The notes: generated from the letters alone by a model not told the origin. A stretch of 32,603 nt of DNA from Candidatus Woesearchaeota archaeon (GCA_964634225.1 CAZWIB010000001.1:1-32603), one strand, 5' to 3'; numbered from the stretch's first letter, positions 1-8,791 are shown. Program-made: numbers and translations.

Positions 1-1
1 A

Positions 2-1456
2 GAAGATGGGACTTTGAATATTAAAGGATATGAAGGTTTGAAGATTAAGGGAGCAAGGAAAAAGATTCTTGAGGATTTAAAGAAAAAAAATTTGATTAAA
101 AAACAAGAAGAAATAAGTCATGTAGTTAATGTTCATGACAAATGTGGAACGCCTATAGAATTTTTGACAACAGAACAATGGTTTATCAAACTTTTAGATA
201 AGAAAAAAGAATTAATTAAGCAAGGTAGAAAAGTTAAATGGTATCCTGAATTTATGCGTAAGAGGTATGAAAATTGGGTTAATGGTTTAGAATGGGATTG
301 GAGTATTTCAAGAGAAAGACATTTTGGAGTTCCTATTCCTGTTTGGGAATGTGAAAATTGTAAAGAAATAATTTTGCCAGATGAAAAAGAATTACCTGTT
401 GATCCATTACAAACTAAAAAAATTTGTCCACTTTGTCAAAAAGTTGCTAAAGGAGAACCAAGAGTTTTAGATACTTGGGCAACTTCTTCAGTTACACCTC
501 AAATAGTAGATGGATTAGTTAAAAATAAAATTGGTTTACCTTTTTCTTTGAGACCTCAAGCACATGATATAATTAGAACGTGGGCTTTTTACACTATTTT
601 AAAATCTTATCTGCATGAAAAAGAAATTCCTTGGAAAGACATCATGGTTTCTGGTTATGTTACTTTAGGCGGAAAAAAAATGTCTAAGAGTAAAGGAACT
701 GGAATTCAACCTAAGAAAATTTTAGAAGAATATGGTGCAGATGCTTTACGATTTTGGGCTGCTGGCAGTAAACTAGGAAATGATTTGAATTATCAAGAAA
801 AGGATTTGGTTACCGGAACAAAATTCATTAATAAATTGTTGAATGCCTCTAAATTTGTTTTTATGAATTTGAAAGGATATAAAAATCAGAAACCAAAGAA
901 ATTGGAAGAATTAGATAAATTATTTTTAGAAAAATTAAATTCTTTAATTAAGACTTGTACTGAGAATTTTTTGAAATATGAATATTCAAGAGTTAAGCAA
1001 GATGTTGAGCAGTTTTTTTGGAATGATTTTTGTGATAATTATTTAGAGATTGTTAAGAAAAGAGTTTATCAAGGAAAAGGAAATAAGAAATTATCTGCGC
1101 AGTATACTTTGTATAATTCTTTGTTAAATATATTAAAAATAATAGCTCCCATTATGCCTTTTATTACAGAAGAAATTTATCAAGAACATTTTAAAGAAAA
1201 GGAAAAATCAATTCATATTTCTAAATGGCCTGAATTTAAGAAAGAAAAAGATTTTGAAAGTTTGAATTATCTTTATGACCTTGTTTCTAAAATTAGACAA
1301 GAAAAATCAAAAGCACAAAAATCTATGAATACAGAAATTGTTTTAACATTGGAAAAAGAAGTTTTAGATAAAGTTTTGGATGTGATTGAAGATTTACAAG
1401 ATGTTACAAACGCAAAAGAGATAAAGGAAGGAAATTTTAAAGTGGAGTTTGAATAA
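2..1456 (+). CDS. valS: Valyl-tRNA synthetase, C-terminal ~485 aa (5' end outside the window)
   Basis: The frame is open to the window edge; TTG at 14 is only the ORF-finder start. Class-I KMSKS loop (KKMSKSKG). Zn knuckles CENC...CPLC followed by LDTWATSS. GADALRFW, and FWNDFCDNYLEIVKKR, which is ValRS-like rather than Ile/LeuRS-like. Confidence 0.85.
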   Translation, partial: EDGTLNIKGYEGLKIKGARKKILEDLKKKNLIKKQEEISHVVNVHDKCGTPIEFLTTEQWFIKLLDKKKELIKQGRKVKWYPEFMRKRYENWVNGLEWDWSISRERHFGVPIPVWECENCKEIILPDEKELPVDPLQTKKICPLCQKVAKGEPRVLDTWATSSVTPQIVDGLVKNKIGLPFSLRPQAHDIIRTWAFYTILKSYLHEKEIPWKDIMVSGYVTLGGKKMSKSKGTGIQPKKILEEYGADALRFWAAGSKLGNDLNYQEKDLVTGTKFINKLLNASKFVFMNLKGYKNQKPKKLEELDKLFLEKLNSLIKTCTENFLKYEYSRVKQDVEQFFWNDFCDNYLEIVKKRVYQGKGNKKLSAQYTLYNSLLNILKIIAPIMPFITEEIYQEHFKEKEKSIHISKWPEFKKEKDFESLNYLYDLVSKIRQEKSKAQKSMNTEIVLTLEKEVLDKVLDVIEDLQDVTNAKEIKEGNFKVEFE

Positions 1457-1457
1457 A

Positions 1458-2543
1458 ATGATATTAACAAAAGACGAACTAGAAGAAACTATTGAAGAAC
1501 TTAAACAACACAAAGGTAAAGCTACAGAATTGATTACTGTTTATATCTCTGAAGGATATGATGTGAATACTGTTCAGAAACAATTAGAGGCAGAAAAATC
1601 AACTTCAAAAAACATCAAATCAACTTCAACAAGAAAAAATGTTACAGAAGCTTTAGAGAAAATTGTTAGGCATTTGAAAGAATTTAAGAAAACTCCTGAA
1701 CATGGAATAGCTATTTTTTGCGGAAATGTTGCTAAGACTGAAGGCCAAAGTGATTTGAAATTATGGAGTGTTGAACCTCCGTTACCTTTGAAAGTTAGAT
1801 TATATAGATGTGATAAAGAATTTGTTTTAGAGCCTCTTGAAGAACAATTAGAGGTTGAAGAGATTTATGGTTTATTAGTTATGGATAGAAAGGAAGCAAC
1901 AATTGGAGTTTTAGAAGGGAAGAGGGTTGAAATACTTCAAAAAATGACTTCTGGAATTCCTGGTAAAGTAAAAGCTGGAGGGCAATCAGCCCAGAGATTC
2001 CATAGAATTACGGAAGGTTTGACAAGAGATTTTTACAAAAGAATTGCTGATGAAATGAAAAAAGAGTTTTTTGAAAATCCCAAGTTAAAAGGAATTATTA
2101 TTGGGGGTCCAATTCCAACTAAGGATGAATTTGTAGATGGAGAGTATTTAACTACAAAACTTCAGGAAAAAATTATTGGAAGATTAGATATTGGTGGAAG
2201 TGATGAATCTGGAATAAAAGAACTTGTTAAGAAGGCAGAAGATATTTTAGCTAGTCAAGAAATTATCCATGAGAAAAAAATTTTAGAACGATTCTTTGAG
2301 ATTTTAGGTAAAAATCCTGGTAAGGCAGTTTACAAAGAAAAAGATTTGAAAAAAGCATTAGAATATGGTGCTGTTGATGTTTTGATTTTATCTAAAGATT
2401 TAGATAAAACTCTTGCAAAAGAATTAAAGCAAGTAGGGAAAGATATTGATTCTACTATTGAAATAGTTTCAACAGAAACAGAAGAAGGAAAACAGTTTTC
2501 TAACTTATCTGGTATGGGTGCTATTTTGAGATATAAGATTTAG
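1458..2543 (+). CDS. prf1: Peptide chain release factor aRF1
   Basis: NIKS (KNIKST), YxCxxxF (LYRCDKEF) and GGQ (AGGQSAQRF) motifs. ATG 1458 lies 1 nt after the valS stop; the ORF-finder TTG at 1449 overlaps valS and is less likely. Confidence 0.9.
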   Translation: MILTKDELEETIEELKQHKGKATELITVYISEGYDVNTVQKQLEAEKSTSKNIKSTSTRKNVTEALEKIVRHLKEFKKTPEHGIAIFCGNVAKTEGQSDLKLWSVEPPLPLKVRLYRCDKEFVLEPLEEQLEVEEIYGLLVMDRKEATIGVLEGKRVEILQKMTSGIPGKVKAGGQSAQRFHRITEGLTRDFYKRIADEMKKEFFENPKLKGIIIGGPIPTKDEFVDGEYLTTKLQEKIIGRLDIGGSDESGIKELVKKAEDILASQEIIHEKKILERFFEILGKNPGKAVYKEKDLKKALEYGAVDVLILSKDLDKTLAKELKQVGKDIDSTIEIVSTETEEGKQFSNLSGMGAILRYKI

Positions 2544-3046
2544 AAATAAAAATGAAACCAATTTGGCAAAGTTCCTGAATTTTCACAATGATAAACCTTA
2601 TGAATTACTTGGTTAAATCTATATTTTAAGTTTAAATTATTTTCTTTTATTAATTCTTTATTTTGCTTGCTTATGAATAAGTAAGGGGGTTTGAATTCAG
2701 TTGGTTTTTGTCCAAAACACTTTTCAAATTCAGATATTCCTTGATTAAGTTCTTCTTGTGAAATATTTTCTCTTTTGAATTCTCTATAAGTATGTTTGAT
2801 TCCATGCATACCAAGAGTTTTATTTAATGATAAAAGATATTCACATACTTCTGGATTTTCTGAAATTGGTTGATTATTAAAAAGAGGAATTACCCAAAGA
2901 ATGTCCACTTTGTCTAAAAGTTTTTGTTCACAAGGAATTTCAGGAGAAACATCATCTATTTCTCTTGGACTTAAAAGTCTAGTAAGAAATAGAATTAAAA
3001 TTAAGATAATTATGACAATTAAAAGGATTTTAACATTCTTTTTCAC
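2540..3046 (-). CDS. Membrane-anchored DUF2334 / polysaccharide-deacetylase-like protein
   Basis: N-terminal TM helix, then IDDVSP, WVIPLF, LGMHGIKHTYREF and FKPPYLFIS blocks resembling the DUF2334 pattern (hDvsP ... VIP ... lHGytH..EF ... fvpP). GTG start. A TATA-like box at 3068-3075 lies 29 nt upstream. Confidence 0.5.
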   Translation of the reverse strand: MKKNVKILLIVIIILILILFLTRLLSPREIDDVSPEIPCEQKLLDKVDILWVIPLFNNQPISENPEVCEYLLSLNKTLGMHGIKHTYREFKRENISQEELNQGISEFEKCFGQKPTEFKPPYLFISKQNKELIKENNLNLKYRFNQVIHKVYHCENSGTLPNWFHFYF

Positions 3047-3067
3047 AATATAACTAGATTAATCAAT

Positions 3068-3075
3068 TTTTTAAA
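3068..3075. promoter_or_regulatory. Shared bidirectional TATA-like box (TTTTTAAA) for divergent genes 3046(-) and 3097(+)
   Basis: The 50-nt spacer holds one A/T box. Its two edges lie exactly 29 nt from each start codon (3097-3068=29; 3075-3046=29). Confidence 0.5.
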
Positions 3076-3096
3076 CTTATTTTACTCCTTTAATTT

Positions 3097-3633
3097 ATGC
3101 AAAGCAAGACTATTGAAGAAATAGAGGGTGTAAAACAAAAAGAAGATTTGAAGAGTCTTGAAGCTATTTTCTTTGTCTCTGGAAAGTTTTTGAATATGCA
3201 GGAATTGATTGCCCTTACCGATTTAAATCCTGTTATTCTGCGTGATTTAATTGATAGATTAAAAGATAAGTATTCAAAGGAAGATTCTGCAATTGAAATT
3301 GTTGAAAAAAATGGGATGTGGAAAATGGATGTTCGTCAAGAATATTCTTATATAGTAAACAGATTAGCAGCTGGTAGGTCAGAATTCACTAAAGCAGAAC
3401 AAGAAACATTAGCAATTATTGCATTTAAACAACCAATGAAACAATCTATTATAATCAAGATTAGAGGAAATAAGGCATATGATCATATAAAGAAATTTAG
3501 TGATTTGGGATTAATAAAGAAAAAGAAACAAGGACATACTTTTGAATTAAGTTTAAGTGATGATTTTTATGATTATTTTAATGTTGCTGATGCTTCTAAC
3601 CCATTACAAGAATCTTTAAAAGAAAACGAATAG
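3097..3633 (+). CDS. scpB: Segregation and condensation protein B (ScpB)
   Basis: LEAIFFVSGKFL..., EQETLAIIAFKQPM...II.IRG and GLIKKK.. blocks match the two winged-helix ScpB pattern (lEAlLF ... LEtLAiIAYkQPiT...I..IRG). Confidence 0.75.
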   Translation: MQSKTIEEIEGVKQKEDLKSLEAIFFVSGKFLNMQELIALTDLNPVILRDLIDRLKDKYSKEDSAIEIVEKNGMWKMDVRQEYSYIVNRLAAGRSEFTKAEQETLAIIAFKQPMKQSIIIKIRGNKAYDHIKKFSDLGLIKKKKQGHTFELSLSDDFYDYFNVADASNPLQESLKENE

Positions 3634-3643
3634 GATATTTATT

Positions 3644-4873
3644 ATGGACTTTATCTCAATTGTATTTTTAGTATATTCATTTATTGCATTTTATTTTCTA
3701 TTCTTATTTCTATTAACTTATTATCAAAATAAGAAAGAATTTCATAGTGTTCCCCCTATTACTAAAGAATATTCTTTGAGTATTGTTATTCCTTGTTGGA
3801 ATGAAGAGAAATCCATTGGAGCTACAATAGAAAATCTTTTGAAAGAAGGATATAAAGGATTAAAGAAAATAATTGTGGTTGATCATGGAAGTACAGATAA
3901 TTCTTATAAAATTATAAAAGCCTATGCAAAAAAATATTCTCGTGTAATGGTTGTTAAGTGTCCAAGAAAATGGAAAAATGCAGCAGAAGCAAAAAATTAC
4001 GGTGCGAAATTTGCCAAAACTGATTTAGTTGGTTTTACTGATGCAGATTCTTTTCCTGAAAAAGGCGCTATAGCAAAAATGATTGGATTTTTTGATGATA
4101 TAAAAGTTGGGGCTGTTACATCTACTGTTTTAGTTAAAAATAGAAATAATTTTATTTTAAAACTTCAATCAATTGAATATAAAGTTATTAAATTTTCGAG
4201 AAAACTTTTAGAATTTTTAGATGCTATTTATGTTACTCCTGGTCCTTTAGCTCTTTATCGTAAAACTGCTTTTGATAAAGTTAAAGGTTTTGATGTTAAT
4301 AATTTGACAGAAGATATTGAAATTACTTGGAATCTGCAATATCATAAATATAAAGTTAAAATGTCTGTTCCATCAAGAGTTTATTGTGTTTCTCCTCATA
4401 GAGTTAAAGGATGGATTAATCAAAGGAATAGATGGAATATTGGGGGGTTACAAACTATTAATAAATATAAGAAAACTTTTATGAGAAAAGGAATTCTTGG
4501 GGCTTTTATTTTGCCTTTTTTTATTTTGTCTTGGTTGGTTGGTTTATTTGGTATTTTTATTTTAGGTTATAGAATTTTTAGATTCTTTCTTTTAAACTAT
4601 CTTTCTACTAGTTATTCTATTCAGGCTCAAACGGCTGTTCTTAGTTTAAACGACGTTAATCTAGCCTTAAGTGCTTTGGTGTTTTTTGGTTTAATTGTAT
4701 TTTTCTTTAGTTTGTTTTATACTATTCTTGCATTATCTAATGTAAGAGAGAAACAATATAGGAGAGAAAACTGGTTTAGTGTTGGTTTTTATATGATCTT
4801 TTATCTGCTTGTATACCCGATAATTTTAATAATGTCCCTTTACAAGTTCTTAAAGGGAGATCTTAAATGGTAA
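3644..4873 (+). CDS. Processive family-2 glycosyltransferase (NodC / PgaC-IcaA / chitin- or cellulose-synthase-like)
   Basis: N-terminal TM. GT-A core with DHGSTDNS, DAD (FTDADSF), TED (LTEDIEITW) and the Q(R/Q)xRW signature (QRNRW), followed by about four C-terminal TM helices. Confidence 0.85.
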   Translation: MDFISIVFLVYSFIAFYFLFLFLLTYYQNKKEFHSVPPITKEYSLSIVIPCWNEEKSIGATIENLLKEGYKGLKKIIVVDHGSTDNSYKIIKAYAKKYSRVMVVKCPRKWKNAAEAKNYGAKFAKTDLVGFTDADSFPEKGAIAKMIGFFDDIKVGAVTSTVLVKNRNNFILKLQSIEYKVIKFSRKLLEFLDAIYVTPGPLALYRKTAFDKVKGFDVNNLTEDIEITWNLQYHKYKVKMSVPSRVYCVSPHRVKGWINQRNRWNIGGLQTINKYKKTFMRKGILGAFILPFFILSWLVGLFGIFILGYRIFRFFLLNYLSTSYSIQAQTAVLSLNDVNLALSALVFFGLIVFFFSLFYTILALSNVREKQYRRENWFSVGFYMIFYLLVYPIILIMSLYKFLKGDLKW

Positions 4874-4932
4874 ATCTATGCTCAAAAAATCTATAAATAG
4901 ATTTTGGCTAAAATATTTATAAAAAATTAAAA

Positions 4933-5589
4933 ATGTTAGAAAATAAAAAACGTGTCTTTTGGGAAGCTTTAATCTTAACTGTTTTAATCTTTGTGTTGGG
5001 TTTTTTAATAGGAATTCTTTTTGAAGATAAGCGAGTAGATATTATCCAAGATTATTATGTTGCATCTGAAAATTCTTTAATGGATGTTATTGCTTTGAAT
5101 AATTTTGCTAGTTTAAACAATATTAGTTGTGACGCTTTAATTAATTCCAATGTTGATTTTGCAAATCGTATTTATTGGGAGGCAAAGACTTTGGAGGATT
5201 ATGAAGATTCTGGTAAAATTACAGATAATATGGCAACAGAACATAAAAAGTATGATATAATGAGAACTTTCTTATGGATAAATACTATGAAAACTGATGA
5301 AATATGTGAAAATGATGTCCACACAGTTGTTTATGTATATAATTATGATACGGATGAATTAACTGAAAAAGCTCTTAATGGTGTTTGGTCTAAAATTCTT
5401 AATGATTTGAAAGGAAGTTATGGAGATGGGGTTATTTTGATTCCTGTGGCGGTTGATAGTGGGGTGACTTCTTTACAATCTATATTAGATAATTTTGAAA
5501 TTTCTACATATCCTGTGTTAATTATTGATAATGAATACGTGCTTGAAGAATTAACTTCAGTTGAGGATATTGAAGGGTATTTTTCTTAA
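4933..5589 (+). CDS. Hypothetical membrane-anchored protein
   Basis: Long ORF with one N-terminal TM helix (ALILTVLIFVLGFLIGILF). No motif recognised. Confidence 0.55.
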   Translation: MLENKKRVFWEALILTVLIFVLGFLIGILFEDKRVDIIQDYYVASENSLMDVIALNNFASLNNISCDALINSNVDFANRIYWEAKTLEDYEDSGKITDNMATEHKKYDIMRTFLWINTMKTDEICENDVHTVVYVYNYDTDELTEKALNGVWSKILNDLKGSYGDGVILIPVAVDSGVTSLQSILDNFEISTYPVLIIDNEYVLEELTSVEDIEGYFS

Positions 5590-5641
5590 TCTATATTCTA
5601 GCATAGAAATATTAAAAAAAGCCTTTTTATTCTGCTTTCTT

Positions 5642-6484
5642 ATGGAATGTTTCATCTGTGGAGTTAAAGGTGAGAAAACTATGCTCTTTGGAGCTATTGT
5701 AAGGGAAGGAGTTGTAAAAATTTGTGAAAGTTGTTCTATTAATGAAAATATACCTATTGTAAAAAGAATAACTGATTTACAACTTAAAGAATCTGAAAAG
5801 AACCAGACAGTTTATGAAAAATTGTCTAAAATGGCTGGATTAGATCCTAAGGAGCATAAAGCTAAATTTGGAAGTGGTGTTGAAAGATTAGAACAACAAA
5901 ACCAGAGTTTGAGAAAGGTTGTTGAGGAAAGGCAAGAATTGTCTTTTCCTAATCTAAAAAAAGTTGAAGTAAATTCTAAAGATGATTTAATCCATAATTA
6001 TCACTGGGCGATTTTTAAAGCTAGAAGGGCTAGGAGATTAACTCAAAAACAGCTTGCAGAAGCTATTTCGGAATCGGAGGCTTCAGTTAAGTTAGTTGAA
6101 AGAGGTATTCTTCCTGATAATTATCAAGCCTTCATAAAGAAGATTCAGACTTATTTGGGAGTGACTATTCTTACCAAACCTGTTAAACAAGAATTGAGTT
6201 TTGATGATAATTCAAAGGGGTTGACTGTTTCAGATTTAAATGAGATGGAAGAAAAAGCAGAAGTTCCATATTGGAAAAAGAAATTTGGTTTTCTTTATAA
6301 GAAAAGAGAACAAAGATTAGAAGAATTAGACGAAGAAATGCCTGTTGAAGAAATTAAGCCAGCAAAAGAAGGAGAAGATGTTGATGTGGAAGAAATTAAA
6401 AAAGTTTTAAATTCTAAACAAGAATCTGATAGGGGTGAATTAAGCCAAGAAGATATGGATAAGATTCTTTTTGAGGATAAATAA
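5642..6484 (+). CDS. MBF1-like transcription factor: N-terminal zinc ribbon, XRE-type HTH and a long acidic tail
   Basis: MECFICG...ICESC forms a CxxC..CxxC ribbon. HTH RRARRLTQKQLAEAISESEASVKLVERG. C-terminal ~90 aa rich in E/D. Start moved from the ORF-finder 5561 to the ATG at 5642, which directly precedes the ribbon. Confidence 0.6.
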   Translation: MECFICGVKGEKTMLFGAIVREGVVKICESCSINENIPIVKRITDLQLKESEKNQTVYEKLSKMAGLDPKEHKAKFGSGVERLEQQNQSLRKVVEERQELSFPNLKKVEVNSKDDLIHNYHWAIFKARRARRLTQKQLAEAISESEASVKLVERGILPDNYQAFIKKIQTYLGVTILTKPVKQELSFDDNSKGLTVSDLNEMEEKAEVPYWKKKFGFLYKKREQRLEELDEEMPVEEIKPAKEGEDVDVEEIKKVLNSKQESDRGELSQEDMDKILFEDK

Positions 6485-6539
6485 GAAGTTTTTTAGGCCT
6501 CACTTATTGAAGTTCAACATATAAACTTTACAAGTAAAC

Positions 6540-6547
6540 TTTATAAA
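6540..6547 (+). promoter_or_regulatory. TATA box (TTTATAAA) of rpoL
   Basis: The 5' edge is exactly 29 nt upstream of ATG 6569. Confidence 0.55.
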
Positions 6548-6568
6548 CTAATTTTAGATTAAATTAAT

Positions 6569-6826
6569 ATGAATATTAAAATCCTAGAACAAGAAAAGGA
6601 TTCTATTAAAGTTGAGATTGATAGTTTGACAATTGCAGAAATTTTAAGGGTTTATTTAAATAAAAATTCTAGTGTTAGTTTTGCTGCTTGGAGAAGAAAT
6701 CATCCTACTGAAAATCCTATTCTTTCTGTGAAAGCAAAGAATCCTAAAAAAGTAATCAAAGATGCTGTATCTACTATTACAAAAGATTTAGATAAAGTCT
6801 CAAAGGATTTTTCTGGATTGAAGTAG
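6569..6826 (+). CDS. rpoL: DNA-directed RNA polymerase subunit L (Rpo11)
   Basis: 85 aa. MNIKILEQEKDSIKVEI...VSFAAWRRNHP...ILSVKAK matches the RpoL pattern (kI.ile..kn.l.l.i ... V.fAaY...HP). Confidence 0.75.
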   Translation: MNIKILEQEKDSIKVEIDSLTIAEILRVYLNKNSSVSFAAWRRNHPTENPILSVKAKNPKKVIKDAVSTITKDLDKVSKDFSGLK

Positions 6827-6865
6827 TATAATAATTCTTATTAAGGTTGTTTATAGTTTATTTTT

Positions 6866-7255
6866 ATGAAGAGAGCAATTAATTTGGCAGATATAAATCA
6901 AGATGGATTACTTATAGTAAAAAATAAAAATGTTTGGATTTTGCCAGGGGGTAAACCTGAAAAGGGAGAATCTGATTTAAAATGTTTATATCGGGAATTA
7001 AAAGAAGAGCTGTCTGTTCGTCGTAGAAGAGTTACTATTCATACTTGTTATGATGTTTTTGTAGATAAGACTCTTTATCCAAATGAAGATTTAGAAGCAA
7101 AGGTTTATTTTGGGAGTATAAAAGGTTCTCTTGATCCTAAAAATGAAATTTCAGATTATGCTTGGGTTAGAAAAGATAATATGGATAAATATAATCTTTC
7201 TTTTATTACTAAGAAAATAATAAATTCTTTGATTAAAGTTAAATATTTAAAATGA
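6866..7255 (+). CDS. NUDIX hydrolase
   Basis: Nudix box GKPEKGESDLKCLYRELKEELSV (Gx5Ex7REUxEExGU, with the last G replaced by S). ATGA overlap with radB. Confidence 0.8.
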   Translation: MKRAINLADINQDGLLIVKNKNVWILPGGKPEKGESDLKCLYRELKEELSVRRRRVTIHTCYDVFVDKTLYPNEDLEAKVYFGSIKGSLDPKNEISDYAWVRKDNMDKYNLSFITKKIINSLIKVKYLK

Positions 7256-7971
7256 GGATTTCAACTGGAAGTTTTGATTTAAACAAATGGCTTGAAGGGG
7301 GTTATGAAAAGGATATTATTACTATGATTGCTGGGCCTCCTGGTTCTGGGAAGACTAATTTTTGTATTCTTGGTGCTTGTAGTCAATCTAGGCAGAATAA
7401 GAAAGTTATTTTTATAGATACTGAAGGAGGATTTTCTATTGAAAGGGTGAGACAAATTGTTGGAGATAAATGTGATAAGATTTTAAAAAATATTTTTTTA
7501 TTGAATTCTACGAGTTTTGAGGAACAGAGAAAATGTTTTAGTCAATTATTAATGAAATTGAAAAAAGAACAAATTGGTTTGATTATTGTTGATGGTATGG
7601 CTATGTCCTATAGATTAGAATTAGGTGATGCTATTCAATCTAAAGATGAGTTGAAGATTAAAAATATTAATCGAGAAGCTGCAAGGCAAATGAGAATTTT
7701 GTCCGAGATTTCTAGAAAACAAAAAATACCTGTTTTAATAACTAATCAAGTTTATGATTCATTTGTTTCAAATGATGATTGGAAAAAAGGCATTAAGGGA
7801 GAAGTGAATATTGTTGGAGGTGATTTGTTTAAATATTGGAGTAAATGTATAATTGAATTAAAAAGTGATAGAGGCCGTAGAGCTATTTTGTTGAAACATA
7901 GGAGTTTGAAAGAAAAAGAAATGAGTTTTGAGATTAAGAATGAGGGAATATTCCGTAAAAGGTGGTTGTGA
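7252..7971 (+). CDS. radB: RecA-superfamily recombinase RadB
   Basis: 239 aa with no N-terminal HhH domain. Walker A GPPGSGKT, Walker B LIIVDG. GGYEKDIITMIAG resembles the GG.e.G.iT motif of RadA/RadB. Confidence 0.7.
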   Translation: MRISTGSFDLNKWLEGGYEKDIITMIAGPPGSGKTNFCILGACSQSRQNKKVIFIDTEGGFSIERVRQIVGDKCDKILKNIFLLNSTSFEEQRKCFSQLLMKLKKEQIGLIIVDGMAMSYRLELGDAIQSKDELKIKNINREAARQMRILSEISRKQKIPVLITNQVYDSFVSNDDWKKGIKGEVNIVGGDLFKYWSKCIIELKSDRGRRAILLKHRSLKEKEMSFEIKNEGIFRKRWL

Positions 7972-8034
7972 TGCAATATTCCATGGATATAAATCCATAC
8001 ATGATTTACATAAAGGAATATTCCGTAAAAGGTG
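7945..8034. repeat. Perfect 20-bp direct repeat GGAATATTCCGTAAAAGGTG (7945-7964 and 8015-8034) flanking a 50-bp spacer
   Basis: Read directly from the sequence. Each copy starts with the 10-bp palindrome GGAATATTCC. A third near-copy, GCAATATTCC, sits at 7972-7981. An ATGGAT-ataa-ATCCAT inverted repeat sits at 7983-7998. Copy 1 encodes the last residues of RadB. Confidence 0.9.
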
Positions 8035-8053
8035 CATCTAGAGTATAGATTTA

Positions 8054-8061
8054 TTTTTAAA
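8054..8061 (+). promoter_or_regulatory. TATA-like box (TTTTTAAA) for the CDS starting at 8083
   Basis: Lies 29 nt upstream of ATG 8083. This supports 8083 over the ORF-finder GTG at 8032. Confidence 0.45.
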
Positions 8062-8082
8062 TTAATTTTTTTAAGAAATAAT

Positions 8083-8757
8083 ATGAGAAAACAATCTTTA
8101 AAAAAAATAAGAAGAAATTCATACATTGATTTGGGTGAGCTTTGTAAAGATTTCAACATAGCCTTATTTGATAATTCCTCTCTTTGGGGAATTTTAGAAC
8201 GTGATTATAAGTTTAAAAAAGGAGAATTAGGGGAAGCATATTTGAGAAAGGAAAAAGATATTCTTTTATATTTTTACAAGAATATCTCTAATTTCTCTCA
8301 GATATATTTAACAGAAAAGATATTTAAGGAAGGAAGAGAAAAAGAAAAAAAGAAAAGAAAACCTGTTGGTTTAAAAAGATTTAAGGGTCATAATCCCCAT
8401 ACAAAATATCAAAATGCAAAACATTCTGTTAAAAAAATAAAAAAAAGATTTTTAAAAGAAATAAAAAATAAAAATAGAATAATAATTTTAGAAGATTGCG
8501 AAAAGAAACTTTATAATGAATTTTTTTACAAGCATAAAAATTTAGTGAAACAGAATGATTTAAGTGTGCCTGATTATGATTTTTTAATTACTGGAGTAGT
8601 TTTAAGTTTAAAAAGAAAAAACACAGCAATTGTGACAAATGATTTTCCCTTGCTTCGTTCATATGAATTAATTATTAAAGAAAGAAAAATTAGTCCAACA
8701 AGGTGTGGAGCATTTATACATGCAAAACAAGGTCTTTTCTTAAAATATAGAATATAA
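8083..8757 (+). CDS. Hypothetical basic protein, possibly a PIN-like nuclease fold
   Basis: IALFDNSSL near the N-terminus and AIVTNDFPLL near the C-terminus resemble the first and last acidic motifs of PIN domains. A Lys-rich insert lies between them. Weak call. Confidence 0.35.
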   Translation: MRKQSLKKIRRNSYIDLGELCKDFNIALFDNSSLWGILERDYKFKKGELGEAYLRKEKDILLYFYKNISNFSQIYLTEKIFKEGREKEKKKRKPVGLKRFKGHNPHTKYQNAKHSVKKIKKRFLKEIKNKNRIIILEDCEKKLYNEFFYKHKNLVKQNDLSVPDYDFLITGVVLSLKRKNTAIVTNDFPLLRSYELIIKERKISPTRCGAFIHAKQGLFLKYRI

Positions 8758-8762
8758 ATTCA

Positions 8763-8770
8763 TATAAAGT
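8763..8770 (+). promoter_or_regulatory. TATA-like box (TATAAAGT) for the NreA-like gene
   Basis: Lies 29 nt upstream of ATG 8792. Confidence 0.45.
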
Positions 8771-8791
8771 ATAGTTTCTTTAGTGTATTAA

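Noticed and set aside
8025-8037. The 13-mer GTAAAAGGTGCAT recurs at 24713-24725, hinting at a dispersed repeat or att site.
   Set aside because: In 32.6 kb of roughly 70% A+T sequence, hundreds of chance 13-mer matches are expected. There is no extended similarity on either side.
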